Shown in pieces: positions 43,528 to 64,000 of a stretch of 64,000 nucleotides of DNA (its first letter is position 1; every line of letters starts with the position of its first letter). Origin of the DNA: the human T2T-CHM13v2.0 reference genome, Homo sapiens; the NCBI RefSeq assembly GCF_009914755.1, contig NC_060927.1, one strand, 5' to 3'. The position numbers and the translations under genes were made by a program. Below the pieces are notes generated by a model. It ran no database searches. It was not told the DNA's origin and worked only from the letters and a program-made list of their open reading frames with translations.

Positions 43528-43950
43528 TGAAGTGAGATTTGCTAAATCTTTTGAGAGTATCTCCAATGGGATAGAGACTATTTTTTTTGTGGCAAATAAT
43601 ATGACCCTTATAGCCTTCTGCCACATCTATTTAAAAAAAAAAAAGGAGAGATAGAGAGATGTCATTTGCACAAGTTTACATACCACATCCCTTTAGAGCT
43701 ACTCTCTAAATACAATTTAACTTCTTCAAACAGGTTTCTGTGACCATCCAAGTCTAGGTAAAGTCCCCATTATATGCATTTCTACAACACCTTGCCCTTC
43801 CCTCTCACATGGACAACAAGAATTATCACGTCCTTTCCCTCACTAGACCTCTGGGTCTTTGGCAGCAAGGACTGTGTCTGTTTAGTTCTATAGTTGTACG
43901 CCCAGCATTCATTCCAGGTCCCCACTCATAACAAGGCTCATAAAATGTTT

Positions 43951-44266
43951 GCTGGATCATGTAGTGATGGATGCTTGTAATCCAAGCTACTTGGGAGGCT
44001 GAGGCAGGAGGATCACTTGAACCTATGAGTTCTGGGCTATAGTGCACTATACCTGTTGGGTGTCTGCACTAAGTTTGACATCAATATGGTGACCTTCTGA
44101 AAGTAAAGAACCACTAGGTTGCCTAAGGAGGGGTGAACCAGCCCAGTTTGGAAATGAAGTAGGTCAAAACTTCTGTGCTGATCAATAGTGTGATTGTGCC
44201 TGTGAATAGCCACTGCTTTCCAGCCTGGGCAACATAATGAGACCCCATCCCTGAAAAAAAAAAAAA
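43951..44266 (+). pseudogene. RN7SL: Full-length 7SL (SRP) RNA processed pseudogene
   Basis: Alu-domain ends flank the S domain 'gtgtctgcactaagtttgacatcaatatggtgacc...ggttgcctaaggaggggtgaaccagcccag...gtgaatagccactgc'; A tail; ttgctggat on both sides. Confidence 0.93.
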
Positions 44267-44452
44267 TTGCTGGATGAACGAATGATTGATGATACACAAG
44301 AAAGGACAACTGTATTCTGGGAAGTATTGGAGCCTAGACAGTGAGGGGGCATTCGAGACGTGTGCATGCATAAACTTCCCAGGGGCATTAGATTTTACGG
44401 TGAAAGCCCAGAATAGTCCTTGGGAAACTGACTTTAGAAAAAGTCAGCTTTC

Positions 44453-45039
44453 GGCTGAGTGTGGTGGTTCATGCCTGTAATCTCAGCACTTTGGGAGGCT
44501 GAGGCCGCAGGATCACTTCATTCCAGGAGTTCAAGGCCAGCCTGGGCAACATAGTGAGACCTCATCTCTACAAAAAAGTATCGAAAAATGAGGCAGGAGG
44601 ATTATCTAAGCCCAGGAAGTTGAGGCTGCAATGAGCTGTGATTGGGCCACTGCACCTGGGTGACAGAACAAATCCCTGCCTAAAAACAAAAGAGTCAGCT
44701 TTCTATCGGATTCAACATTCAGAAAGACCTCACTTACTCCTCTTCTTTTTTTTTTTTGTCAGAGTCTTGCTGTGATGCCCAGGCTGCTGGAGTGCAATGG
44801 TGTGATCTCTGCTCACTGCAACCTTTGATTCCTGGGTTCAAGAGATTCTCCTGCCTCAGCCTCCGAGTAGCTGGGACTACAGGCATGTGTCACCACACCC
44901 GGCTAATTTTTGTATTTTTAGCAGAGACAGGGTTTCACCATATTGGCCAGACTGGTCCTGAACTCCTGACCTCAAGTGATCTGCCTGCCTCGGGCTCCCA
45001 AAGTGCTGGGATCACAGGCGTGAGCCACCGCACCTGGCT
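44453..45039. mobile_element. Inverted Alu pair: AluJ + (44453-44690), AluS - (44745-45039)
   Basis: Consensus matches; TSDs agtcagctttc and cttactcct. Confidence 0.88.
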
Positions 45040-45659
45040 TCTTACTCCTTTTAACAACTTGATGAGGTAGGTAGCTTTTCCTATCTTTATTTTACTGATA
45101 AGAAAATGGACCTCAGAGAAATTAAGCAACTGGTTCAAAGACATCCAGCTAGGAAGTAACTGGAGTCCGGAATCCTCAAATCCATCATCCTACCTCACCA
45201 TCCTGCCTCTCACCCTTTGTAGAAATGAGAATAGGTTCAGTGGCAGACTAAGGACATAAACTAAATTGATCGGGACTTTGCCAGGCAAGTCACAGCCTGG
45301 CTTCTAGCACTAAATTTCTTCAGCGATTCAGAGATGAAAACAGATATGGACGTTTTACTTCACTTGATGAGCATGCTTGGAGGATTGCTATTTTAAAGTT
45401 TTTCAATATTCGCATCTTGCTGCACCTTTTCTGTCTGAAATCTCAAGGTATAAATAGGTTTATCTCGGCAATAAGTCAGAGGCAGAAAGTTCTGTATGGA
45501 GCCATGGCAGGTTCCCAAAGGAGGTTGGACCCCTGAGTTCTGTGCCAAAGAAAGAGTAAAGACTGTATCCTCTTCCTGAAATCCTCCTTTAAGGCTACTA
45601 AGGAAAAGGAGCTAAATTTTAAAAATAGCTATTATGTGTCATTGTGGTTGTTTCATTGA

Positions 45660-46170
<511 letters not shown>

Positions 46171-46362
46171 TATTCCTACTTAATCCATATACTAACCACC
46201 TCTTGAGGTAAACAGTATATTATTTCCTTTTAAGTAGGAAGAAATAGAGACTCTGGAAAGGGGATAATGACCCAGATTCACCAGCTAATAAAGCCAAGCT
46301 GCTAGAATTTAAATTAGTATCTGATTTCAAAGTTGTTATTTTTTTGTAAACAACAATATATT

Positions 46363-46698
<336 letters not shown>

Positions 46699-47254
46699 TT
46701 AAGACGAAGGACAATAATGGAAAATGCTCAAGAATTCTTGATTTGGAAAGATGTAACAAAACAACGGTAAGTTTCCAGCTCAGAGTCTCTTGCTTAAATT
46801 TCTAGGAGACTTTTCTGGGGGACTTGCTTGGGCTGAGTCTCTGACTGCATTCTCCCATGGGGCACTCTGTCAACTGCAGTTGACAAATGGCATGTTCCAA
46901 ACTCTCCTTGACCTGGCCAGAGCCTTTTCTCCTAGAGTTTAAAATCAATTATTGTTTCAGCTAAAATAGGTCTCTGAAAGTGTTTTAATTTTAAGTTTTC
47001 TCCTCTTATAATACAGGAGTGAAGAGTGAAAATATGATCTTATTACTTGTTTAATGTCTGATGCAGCCAAAGTATCTAACAAAGAATATGTATGTTTTAA
47101 TCAAATAGAGAGTCTAGATATTATCAGGGTTGCCTTTGTTCTTTATTTTCAATTTTTTCCTCTTGTAAACAGCTCATCCAGTTTTTAGCTTTACATGTTA
47201 ACAAAACAATAGATGCCATAATTGGGTATCCCATTACTGTTTGTAAAAGTGCTC

Positions 47255-47650
47255 TCACACACATGATTTACAAAAAAGTTGTGAGGTGTTTATTATAATT
47301 ACCTTTTCACAAATGGAGAAACAATGCTCCAGGAAGTTAAGGGACTTCTTCAAGCCATTCAGCTGTATATTTAGAGCCAGAATCTAAGTCAGGTCTTTCT
47401 AGACCTTGGGTATGAGCATGGTCCTCAGAGCCACCTTCCTTCATTCCAACCTCAGCTTCATCCTTTACTAGAGCTAGGTGACCCTGTCTGCCTCAGTTTC
47501 CTCATCTGTGAAATAGAGATGACAATAGTATCTACCTTAATAGATTGTCTCAACAATTAACTGAGTTAATATGTTTAAAGTAGTGGAAGTATCTCCTGGT
47601 TATGACCTATATCAAGTCCTGGTCGTGACATAAGAAAAACTATTATTATT
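47255..47650. mobile_element. Two MIR fragments (- then +)
   Basis: 'acaaatggagaaacaatgctccaggaagttaagggactt' and 'tctgcctcagtttcctcatctgtgaaatagagatg'. Confidence 0.7.
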
Positions 47651-48424
47651 ATGATTGCAAACTCTGATTTATTCCATTAAATTGTGTTATATGTATAGTA
47701 TGTAGGCATGGAAATAGTACTTCACAAAGAGTAAGGGCTCTATGGATTAACGCAAATATTGAAGTATAGAAAAATGTTGACTCGGAATCTGAAGAAGAAT
47801 AAAATTATTTTAAGAATACTTTTTGAATTAAAATTAAATACATCTGACACCTATAAGTTGACAAAATAGTAAACAAAGAAACAAATTAATGAAACGATGC
47901 TTTCACTGATTTAATGCAGCAGTGAGGTTGTTTTATTACTTTGCTTCGAAATCATACATTTCCAACTAAAAATGAATGTTAGAAATCAACTTTGCCATTT
48001 TGTAGTTCTGATTTTTTCTCTGTGGTCCCCAACCACATCCCACAGATTTACAAAATTCTTCCAGTCTTTCCTTACAGATAGACTGGCCCCTTTGCAAGTG
48101 AATCAATTTTTACACGTTGAGCCCATTTACAAATATCTCTGAAATTTAGTTATATTAAATTCCAGTGCATACATGTCTTGCCTTGTGAGTGTTATGTGTG
48201 ATCTCACAGGAAATATTATCTCCGTATGAATTCAATTTGTAAGGTAAAGTAAGGAGCAAAATCTTATTTTATTAGTCTTGGGGAAACTAAGTTGCGTGCT
48301 GGATTCCAAGTTGTATTCCTAGGAAAAGATTCAAAATACGGTTACTCTAATTTTTGCATGGGTCATTTCCCAAAGTCCTATATTTTTCTCTTTCCTCCCC
48401 TCACCTCCCCTCCCCTTCCTTTGC

Positions 48425-48969
<545 letters not shown>

Positions 48970-49119
48970 CTATTTAAAGTCCCAGGTTTGTACTTCAATT
49001 TTGAAATCTATGAAATGGGAGTAATAATAGTTTTTACAAAGGTTAAATGAGTTTATATATCTAAAAAATTTCTAACAGTACCTGGCATGTGGCAAGAGCT
49101 CAATATTTAGCTTTTCTTC

Positions 49120-49728
<609 letters not shown>

Positions 49729-49752
49729 TGACCTCGATCCCTGAGCTTGTGA

Positions 49753-49908
<156 letters not shown>

Positions 49909-50024
49909 TGAACCCAACCTACTCCAGAGTTGCGTATTCTTAACTCCATCCCAGGACAGAGGTTATTTTGTTTTATTTTCATTTCTTTCATTTAAGATTG
50001 TGCCGGGGGAAAAAAGCTCAAAAC

Positions 50025-50027
<3 letters not shown>

Positions 50028-50056
<29 letters not shown>
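50028..50056. repeat. Poly(A)29, not attached to an Alu body
   Basis: Direct read. Confidence 0.9.
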
Positions 50057-50059
<3 letters not shown>

Positions 50060-50225
50060 ATTTTTTTAACCATGTATTTTACCTTTCTATTCCCAAACGT
50101 TTTGTACTATTTTCTAATTATACCTGAAAGAAAAAATTGCCAATTTGCATATACTTAGCTTAGTGTTTATGAGTCGGGCAGACTTGGGTGATCCTAAAAT
50201 TTGGTACATGTATAACTGTTTTTAG

Positions 50226-51870
<1,645 letters not shown>

Positions 51871-51907
51871 TAAACAAAAGAATGTCTTAACTCATAATAC
51901 TGACATA

Positions 51908-52017
51908 GCTGGGCACCATGGCTCACGCCTGTAATCCCAGCACTTTGGGAGGCCGAGGCGGGTGGATCACAAGGTCAGGAGTCCGAGACCAGCGGGGCCA
52001 AGATGGTGAAACCCCGT
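51908..52017 (+). mobile_element. Alu left arm, 3'-truncated
   Basis: Ends abruptly at gaaaccccgt with no linker or tail. Confidence 0.85.
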
Positions 52018-52059
52018 GAAATATGTATATAAGTATAGATATAAAGTAAGAGACATATG

Positions 52060-52980
<921 letters not shown>

Positions 52981-53127
52981 AAATTAAAGAAGGGTATGTC
53001 TGTAGAGTTTTTAAGTTTTTTTGTGTTTTTTAATTGATATAGTTGTACATATTTTGGGGGTACCTATGATACTTTGATACCTGTATACAAATCAGGGCAC
53101 TTGGGATATCCACCAACTCAAACATTC

Positions 53128-53428
53128 TTTTCTCTTTTTTTTTTTTTTTGAGATGGAGTCTCGCTCTGTCGCCCAGGCTGGAGTACAGTGGCGCAATCTC
53201 GGCTCACTGGAAGCTCCGCCTCCTGGGTTCACGCCATTCTCCTGCCTCAGCCTCCTGAGTGGCTGGGATTACAGGCGCCCACCACCACACTGGCTAATTT
53301 TTCTGTTTTTAGTAGAGATGGGGTTTCACCGTGTTAGCCAGGATGGTCTCGATCTCCTGACCTTGTGATCCACCCACCTCGGCCTCCCGAAGTGCTGGGA
53401 TTACAGGCGTGAGCCACCGCGCCCGGCC
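53128..53428 (-). mobile_element. AluY directly 3' of the 5S copy
   Basis: Y diagnostics 'gttcacgccattctcc' and 'cgtgttagccaggatggtctcgatctcc'; intact 5' GGCCGGGCGCGG. Confidence 0.93.
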
Positions 53429-53548
53429 AACCCTACAGCACCCGGTATTCCCAGGCGGTCTCCCATGCAAGTGCTAACCAGGCCCGACACTGCTTAGCTT
53501 CCGAGATCAGACGAGATCGGGCGCGTTCAGGGTGGTATGGCCGTAGAC
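53429..53548 (-). pseudogene. RNA5S: Full-length 5S rRNA pseudogene
   Basis: Reverse complement GTCTACGGCCATACCACCCTGAACGCGCCCGATCTCG...GGGTGCTGTAGGGTT; 116/120 to human 5S as recalled (G60T, T76C, G82C, C118G). Confidence 0.97.
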
Positions 53549-53613
53549 TATTTTTTCTATGTGTTGGGAACATTGCAAATTTTCTCTTCTAGCCATTTTG
53601 AAATATACAATAA

Positions 53614-54150
53614 ATGATGATGATGATGATGATGATGTTGATGATGATGATTTTGAAACAAGGTCTCACTCTGTTGCCCAGACTGGAGTGCAATGGTGTA
53701 ATCATAGGTTACTGTAACCTCTAGTTCCTGGGCTCAAGCAATCCTCCTGCCACAGCCTTTAGAGTAGCTGGGACTATAGGTGTGTACCACCACACACTGC
53801 TGATTTAAAATTTTTTCTGTATAGGTTGGGAACGGGGGGGTCTTACTATGTTGCCTAAGTTGGTCTAAACCTGGGCTAAAGTGACCCTCCTGCTTTGGCC
53901 TCCAAAAGTGCTGGGATTACAGGTATGAGCCACCATCCCCAGCCATCCAGATCTTTAAAAAAACTTTCTAGCCAGGTGTGGTAGCATGTGCCTGTAGTGC
54001 CAGCTACTCAGAGGCTGAGGCAGGAGGATTGCTTGAGCCCCAAAGCTGGGGAAGTCATGGTGAGCTATGATCACATTACTACACTCTAGTCTGAGCAACA
54101 GAGTGAGAACCCTGTCTCCTAAAAAATAAATAAATAAATAAATAAGAATA
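53614..54150. mobile_element. AluJ (-, with (TGA)n tail 53614-53651) and a right-monomer FRAM-like element (+, 53955-54150)
   Basis: Consensus matches. Confidence 0.85.
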
Positions 54151-54897
54151 AAAGTAAAAAATTTCCTAATCCTCAGCTGATTTATACTTTTGTAAAAACA
54201 AAGAAAGAAGTACATTATTAGAAATGTGATATTTTGAAAAGACGTCTAACTTTTAAATTATGATATACAAAAATATTCTGTGGGTTGCTATAAATGACTC
54301 TAAAGACCTACTCTCAATTTCTACACCTATGGCTAACCAGTAACAATCAGTTCACAAAGCAACACTGCTTCCAGATCTCACTTTGAGGTGCTCTGGTACA
54401 CACAACTGTGAAAGACAAGTGGGATCTGAGTTTACAGGAGTGTTGAGAGTAAACAATGTTGAGATTAGCTTTGTTGGACTGCCACAGAGAATGGTGCAGC
54501 CTGTGCAGTTTACCTGTTACTATTTTAATCTCTCATAAAGGTGTTATTTGCTCTGCTCTCTCTATCGCATGGGAGGCCTTACTGTTGTGACTGCGCTGGA
54601 AGGGCCTCCTTAGAAATCTTCATAAAGAAATCGTTTCCAATAAGCTCCACGAGAACAGTTAGTGGCCATCCAGAATTTTAATCCCTAGGTTATTGGATAC
54701 ATTTCATACAGAGATTGGCAGTTTGGCAGCCTTCTCAGTTCAATATTTCTGCTTGCCAAGAGAAAGAAAGTTGTGACCCCTTGCTTTCTCATTCTATCCT
54801 TCTGCAAGGAAGTAAAAAAGATCTCAAATACAGCTTGCTGTATTAGCATTGAAGGGAAAGAGCTAATATGCACTTACACAATCCAATTTATACTCAC

Positions 54898-54964
54898 ATC
54901 ATCTACTGAAGGAAACAGCAGAGTGACATTTGCGCCTAATCCTTCCATGGGGTTGTGACTAAGA
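54898..54964 (-). other. Candidate internal exon (67 nt)
   Basis: Acceptor gctttccttctgctgtttgcag|, donor GAT|gtgagt, non-repeat sequence. Confidence 0.3.
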
Positions 54965-55052
54965 CTGCAAACAGCAGAAGGAAAGCATGTAGTTGCCTGG
55001 TACGTGGAGGCAAATGAAAGTTTCTTGATCAGAAAAGGGGTACCCGTAATAG

Positions 55053-55389
<337 letters not shown>

Positions 55390-55790
55390 TGAGCTCTGTA
55401 ATCCTCAAATGGAAACGCAATGAACAACCTAATTAATGACAAAGCTGGGATGTGAGGAATAGAGCCACATGCTCTAGGGGAGATGTAGGATAATGAGAGG
55501 TAAAAGAGAAGAGAGTTGGGGGGCAGAAAGTCACACGGGCTAAGACCAAGTGGACATGGCAGAATAGGGTTGTGCTTATTTTACACAAGTGACCGAGGCT
55601 TCTCTGCTGGCATCCTGTCACATCACATACGTGGTATTTCCTTGTTCCTTATTCAGATGCAAAAGGGGGAGGACAGTGGCTTTTTGAAAAGCAGACGTAA
55701 GCGCAGCAACTCACCAGAGTGGTGTCCTTACTCTGCGTTTGGCCACTTCAAGTCTGAACTGCCACTGTCTTCTCTTTGCTGATCTCTTGA

Positions 55791-57520
<1,730 letters not shown>

Positions 57521-57654
57521 TCCAAAAGTTTTTGAAAGAATAAATTGGTGTTGAATTTTGTCATAAGAATTTTCTGTATCCATTGATATAATCATGTGAT
57601 TTTTTAGCCTGTTAATATGGTGGGTTATATTAATTAGTTTCTAAATTTTTATAT

Positions 57655-58783
<1,129 letters not shown>

Positions 58784-59801
58784 AGAATCTGGATCTGTAG
58801 TGGGGTTTTTTTGTACAATTTTGTCTGGTTTTGATATTATTTTACTTCATGAAATGAATTGGAAATCTCTCCCCTGCCCTGACACACCCCTTCTATATTT
58901 TGGAAGAAATTGTGCAAAATTTATGTTAATTCTCCTTTAAACCCTTGGGAGAATTCTCCAGTGAAAACTTCTGGGCATGGTGATTTCTTTTTGAGAAGTT
59001 TTAAAATTATAAATTCAATTTGTTAATAGCTTTGGGACTATTTAAATTATCTATTCATTTTTGGTGAGTACTTTGTGTTATTTGAGGGCCTGGCACATTA
59101 CGTTTAAGTTGTTAAATTTATGCATATGTAGTTGTTTTAGTATTCTATTATCCTTTTGTTGTCTGTGGGGTCTAGAGTGATAGTCAATGTTTTATCTCTA
59201 ATATTGGTAATTTGAATCTTGCCTTGTCACTGAGGCTGGAGGGCAGTGGCACAATTATAGCTCACTGCAGCCTTGAACTCCTGGGCTCAAGCAATCCTCC
59301 CACCTAAGCCTCCTGAGTAGCTGGGAATACAGGCATGTTCCACTATGCCCAGATAAGTTATTTAAAATTTAAAAATGTTTTTAGAAATGGGGTCTGGGTA
59401 TATTGCCCAGGCTTCTTTGTCAGTCTTGGCAGAGGTTTGTCAATTTTGTTGATCTCGTCAAAGAACCATCTTTTTGTTTCATTGATTTTTCTCTATCATT
59501 TTTTCTTTTCAATTTTACTGATTTCTCCTCTTACCTCGTTATTTTGCTGTTTCTGATTGCTTTGTGTTTATTATGCTCTTCTTTTCCTAGGTTTTAAAGT
59601 GGTAGCTTAGGTTGTTTTTTATTTTTAGTGGGGAGCTTAGATCTGTATTTGAGACTCCCTCTTTTCTAATGTATGCATTTAATGCTATAAATTTCCCTTT
59701 TAGTATTGCTTTAGGTAGGTCCCACAAGTCTTAGTATATTTTTCATTTTCATCCAGTTCAATTTATTTTTTGGTTTCCTTTGAGACTTTATCTTTGACTC
59801 A

Positions 59802-60131
<330 letters not shown>

Positions 60132-60147
60132 CTACTTCTATTAAAAA

Positions 60148-60302
60148 ATATATATGTATAATATATATATTTATTTACATATATAGATATATATATCTCT
60201 TGCAGGGATATATATATTTATATATATAAATATATATATAATATGTAAATAAATATATATTATACATATAAATATATATAATATGTAAATAAATATATAT
60301 TT

Positions 60303-60332
<30 letters not shown>
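60148..60332. repeat. AT-rich (TA)n complex with inverted and tandem units, then (GA)n, between two + Alus (60018-60148, 60333-60660)
   Basis: 60163-60182 is the reverse complement of 60241-60260 and of 60281-60300. Confidence 0.9.
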
Positions 60333-60333
<1 letters not shown>

Positions 60334-60504
60334 GCCTAGTGTGGTTGCTCACGCTTGTAATCCCAGCACTTTGGGAGGCTGTGGGCAGATCACGAGGTCA
60401 GGAGATCGAGACCATCTTGGCCAACATGGTGAAGCACCATCTCTACTAAAAATACAAAAAGTTAGCTGGCCGTGGTGGTGCACACCTGTAATCCCAGCTA
60501 TTCA

Positions 60505-60702
<198 letters not shown>

Positions 60703-61699
60703 TCAATTAGATCTTGCTGGCTAATGGTATTGGTGAGGTCTTCTATATGCGTGCTGATTTTCAGTCTATTGTTCTATCATTCATTGAGAGAGTGGTGTTG
60801 AAATCTCCTATTATAATTATGAATTTGTCTATTGCTCCTTTCAGTTCTATCAGTTTTGTTTTACATATTTTCCAGCTTTGTTGTTTGGTGCACACATATT
60901 AATAGTTAGAATTGCTATCTGTTCTTGATTGACCCTTTTATTATTATATTGTACTTCTCTGTCTCTAGTATCCTCTTTGCTCTGAAGTCTACTTTATCTA
61001 ATATTAATATAACTATTCTGGCTTTCCTTTGCTTCACATTTGCATGGTATATCTTTTCCACCCTTTTACTTTCAATCTGCCTGTATCATTAGACTTGAAG
61101 TGAGTTTCTTGTAGACAGCATATAGTTAGATTTTGCTTTTAATCCACCCTGCCAATCTCCATTTTATTTTCTTTAAAAACATTTTTTTTTAAACAACAAC
61201 AAAAAATAGATGCAGAGTCTCACTATGTTGGCCAGGGTGGTCTTGAACTCCTGGCCTCAAGCAGTCCTCCCACTTTGGCCTCCCAAAATGCTCGGATTAC
61301 AGGCATGAGCCGCTATGCCTGGCCCCAATCTCTGTTTTCTAACTGGTGTATTTAAAGCATTTACATTTAATGTATTTATTTATATATAATGGCACTTAAT
61401 TTATATATAATGGCACTATGTTTTTTTTTTTCCTGTTTTTCATTACCTGCTTTCTGTTTTCTGCCTTCCTATGGATTATTTGAATATTTTTAGAATTCCA
61501 TTTTGATTTAGCTATAGTGTTTCTGAGTGTATCTGTTTCTATAGCTTTTTAAAATGCTGGCCATATATAACATAATTTAGAAAATTCAAGAGGAAAATAA
61601 AAGCCTATTGATTTTACCCATATTTTTGGTTATTATGTTCTTCCTTCCTTCTTGATATCCCAAGATTTCTTCTTTTTTAATGCTTTTTCTGTTTATTTA

Positions 61700-62811
<1,112 letters not shown>

Positions 62812-63832
62812 GATCTTCTTTAAAGTAGATCTGCTAACAATAAATTCTCATAGTTTACCTTCTTCTGAGAATATTTTGATTTCTTCATTTCTGAAGAATA
62901 TTTTTCACCAAGTATAGGGTTCTGGTATTTTTTTTTTCCAGTCTCAAGGCAGGAAAAAATCTTTCCCTGCTCAAAGACAGTCAGCTTTATTTACTATTTT
63001 AAATGATAAAATTAAATAGTATAGGGTTCTATATTGACAATTATTTTCTCTTGGTACCTAAAAAATATTGAGTCACTTTTTCTGGTCTGCATGGTTTCTA
63101 ATGAGAAATCTGCTGTCATTCTGATGCTTTTTATTTATAAGTAAGGTATTATTTTTTCTCTAGATGCTATAAAGGTGTTTTTCAGTGGGGCTTACACCTG
63201 TAACCCCAGTATTCTGGGAGGCTGAGGCAAAAGGGTCACTTGAGTTCAGTAGTTTGACACTAGCCTGGGCAACATAGTGAGACCCTGTCTCCACAAAAAA
63301 TTTAAAAAGTAGCTGGACATGGTGGTGCATGCCTGTAATCCCAGCTACTCAAGAGGCTGAGGTGGGAGGATCACTTGAGCCCGGGAGATTGATGCTTATG
63401 GTTTGCTCAGCTTGTTGAGCCCTTACGTTTATGTCTGCTTTCAAATTAGGGACTTTTTAGCCCTGCCCTCTTCCTGCCCGCCTTCTGAGATTTCAGTGAC
63501 ACAAATAGTAGACATTTTGGTGTAGTACCAAAGATCCCTGAGGGTCTGTCTCTTTTTTTTGGTCTATTTTTTTTTTTTCTCTTTACTGTTCAGACTGGGT
63601 AATTCTTGTTGGTCTATCTTTCAGCTTAGTGATGATTTCACCTGTCCCTCTCATTCTGCTGTTATGTCCATTCTCTAGGTTTTTTACTTTGGTTTTTGTA
63701 TTTTAAAGTACTAAAATGTTTCTTTCACTCTTTTATCGTTTTGTTTGTTTGTTTGTGTTTTTTTTTGCTCAGGCTTGCTTTCTTTTATTTGTTTTTGTTT
63801 GAAGCATGTTTGTAGTTGTTGCTCACTGAAGC

Positions 63833-64000
63833 TTTTATTTATTTATTTATTTATTTATTTCGAGATTGAGTCTCACTCTGTTGCCCAGGCTGGAATGCAA
63901 TGGCGCGATCTCGATTCACTACAACCTCCGCTTCTTGGGTTCAAGCGATTCTCCTGCCTCAGCTTCCTGAGTTGCTGGGATTACAGGTGTGCACACCACG
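63833..64000 (-). mobile_element. AluS right arm, runs off the window
   Basis: (TTTA)n tail and consensus match. Confidence 0.9.

Larger units (their letters stand above)
53025..53612 (-). mobile_element. L1MA-like 3' end, host of the 5S-Alu insertion
   Basis: 'atatagttgtacatattttggggg...aatcagggcacttgggatatcc...aaacatt' resumes as 'tgtgttgggaacattgcaaattttctcttctagccattttgaaatatacaataa'. Confidence 0.8.

Noticed and set aside
45448-45458. TATA-like tataaatagg as a promoter
   Set aside because: An isolated motif in AT-rich DNA with no CpG island or other support.
53429-53548. Functional 5S rRNA gene
   Set aside because: Single dispersed copy lacking the GC-rich 5S repeat-unit flanks and oligo-T terminator, with internal control region substitutions.
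61380-61417. Tandem duplication of tatatataatggcact
   Set aside because: Ordinary slippage duplication within old L1.

Overview
Primate, most likely human, non-coding genomic DNA with very high repeat content. By eye there are roughly 85 Alu elements or fragments (AluJ, S, Y and one AluYa-type), plus L1, L2, MIR, hAT-Charlie and ERVL-LTR remnants. No CpG-island promoter and no recognisable protein-coding exon were found; the ORF track is almost all Alu/L1 artefact, apart from two dead L1 ORF2 fragments. Small-RNA retrocopies: a full-length 5S rRNA copy fused directly to an AluY (53128-53548, -), a full-length 7SL copy (43951-44266, +) and a 30-nt U6 5' fragment (9581-9610, +). Best leads: the 5S-Alu chimera; a composite insertion at 27384-27540 templated from two neighbouring Alus; a speculative minus-strand multi-exon transcript with a 75-aa ORF; a short telomere-repeat insertion inside a tandem duplication; and an Alu-tail (GAA)28 tract. 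Repeat boundaries are by-eye estimates, subfamily calls come from remembered consensus sequences, and the locus was not identified.
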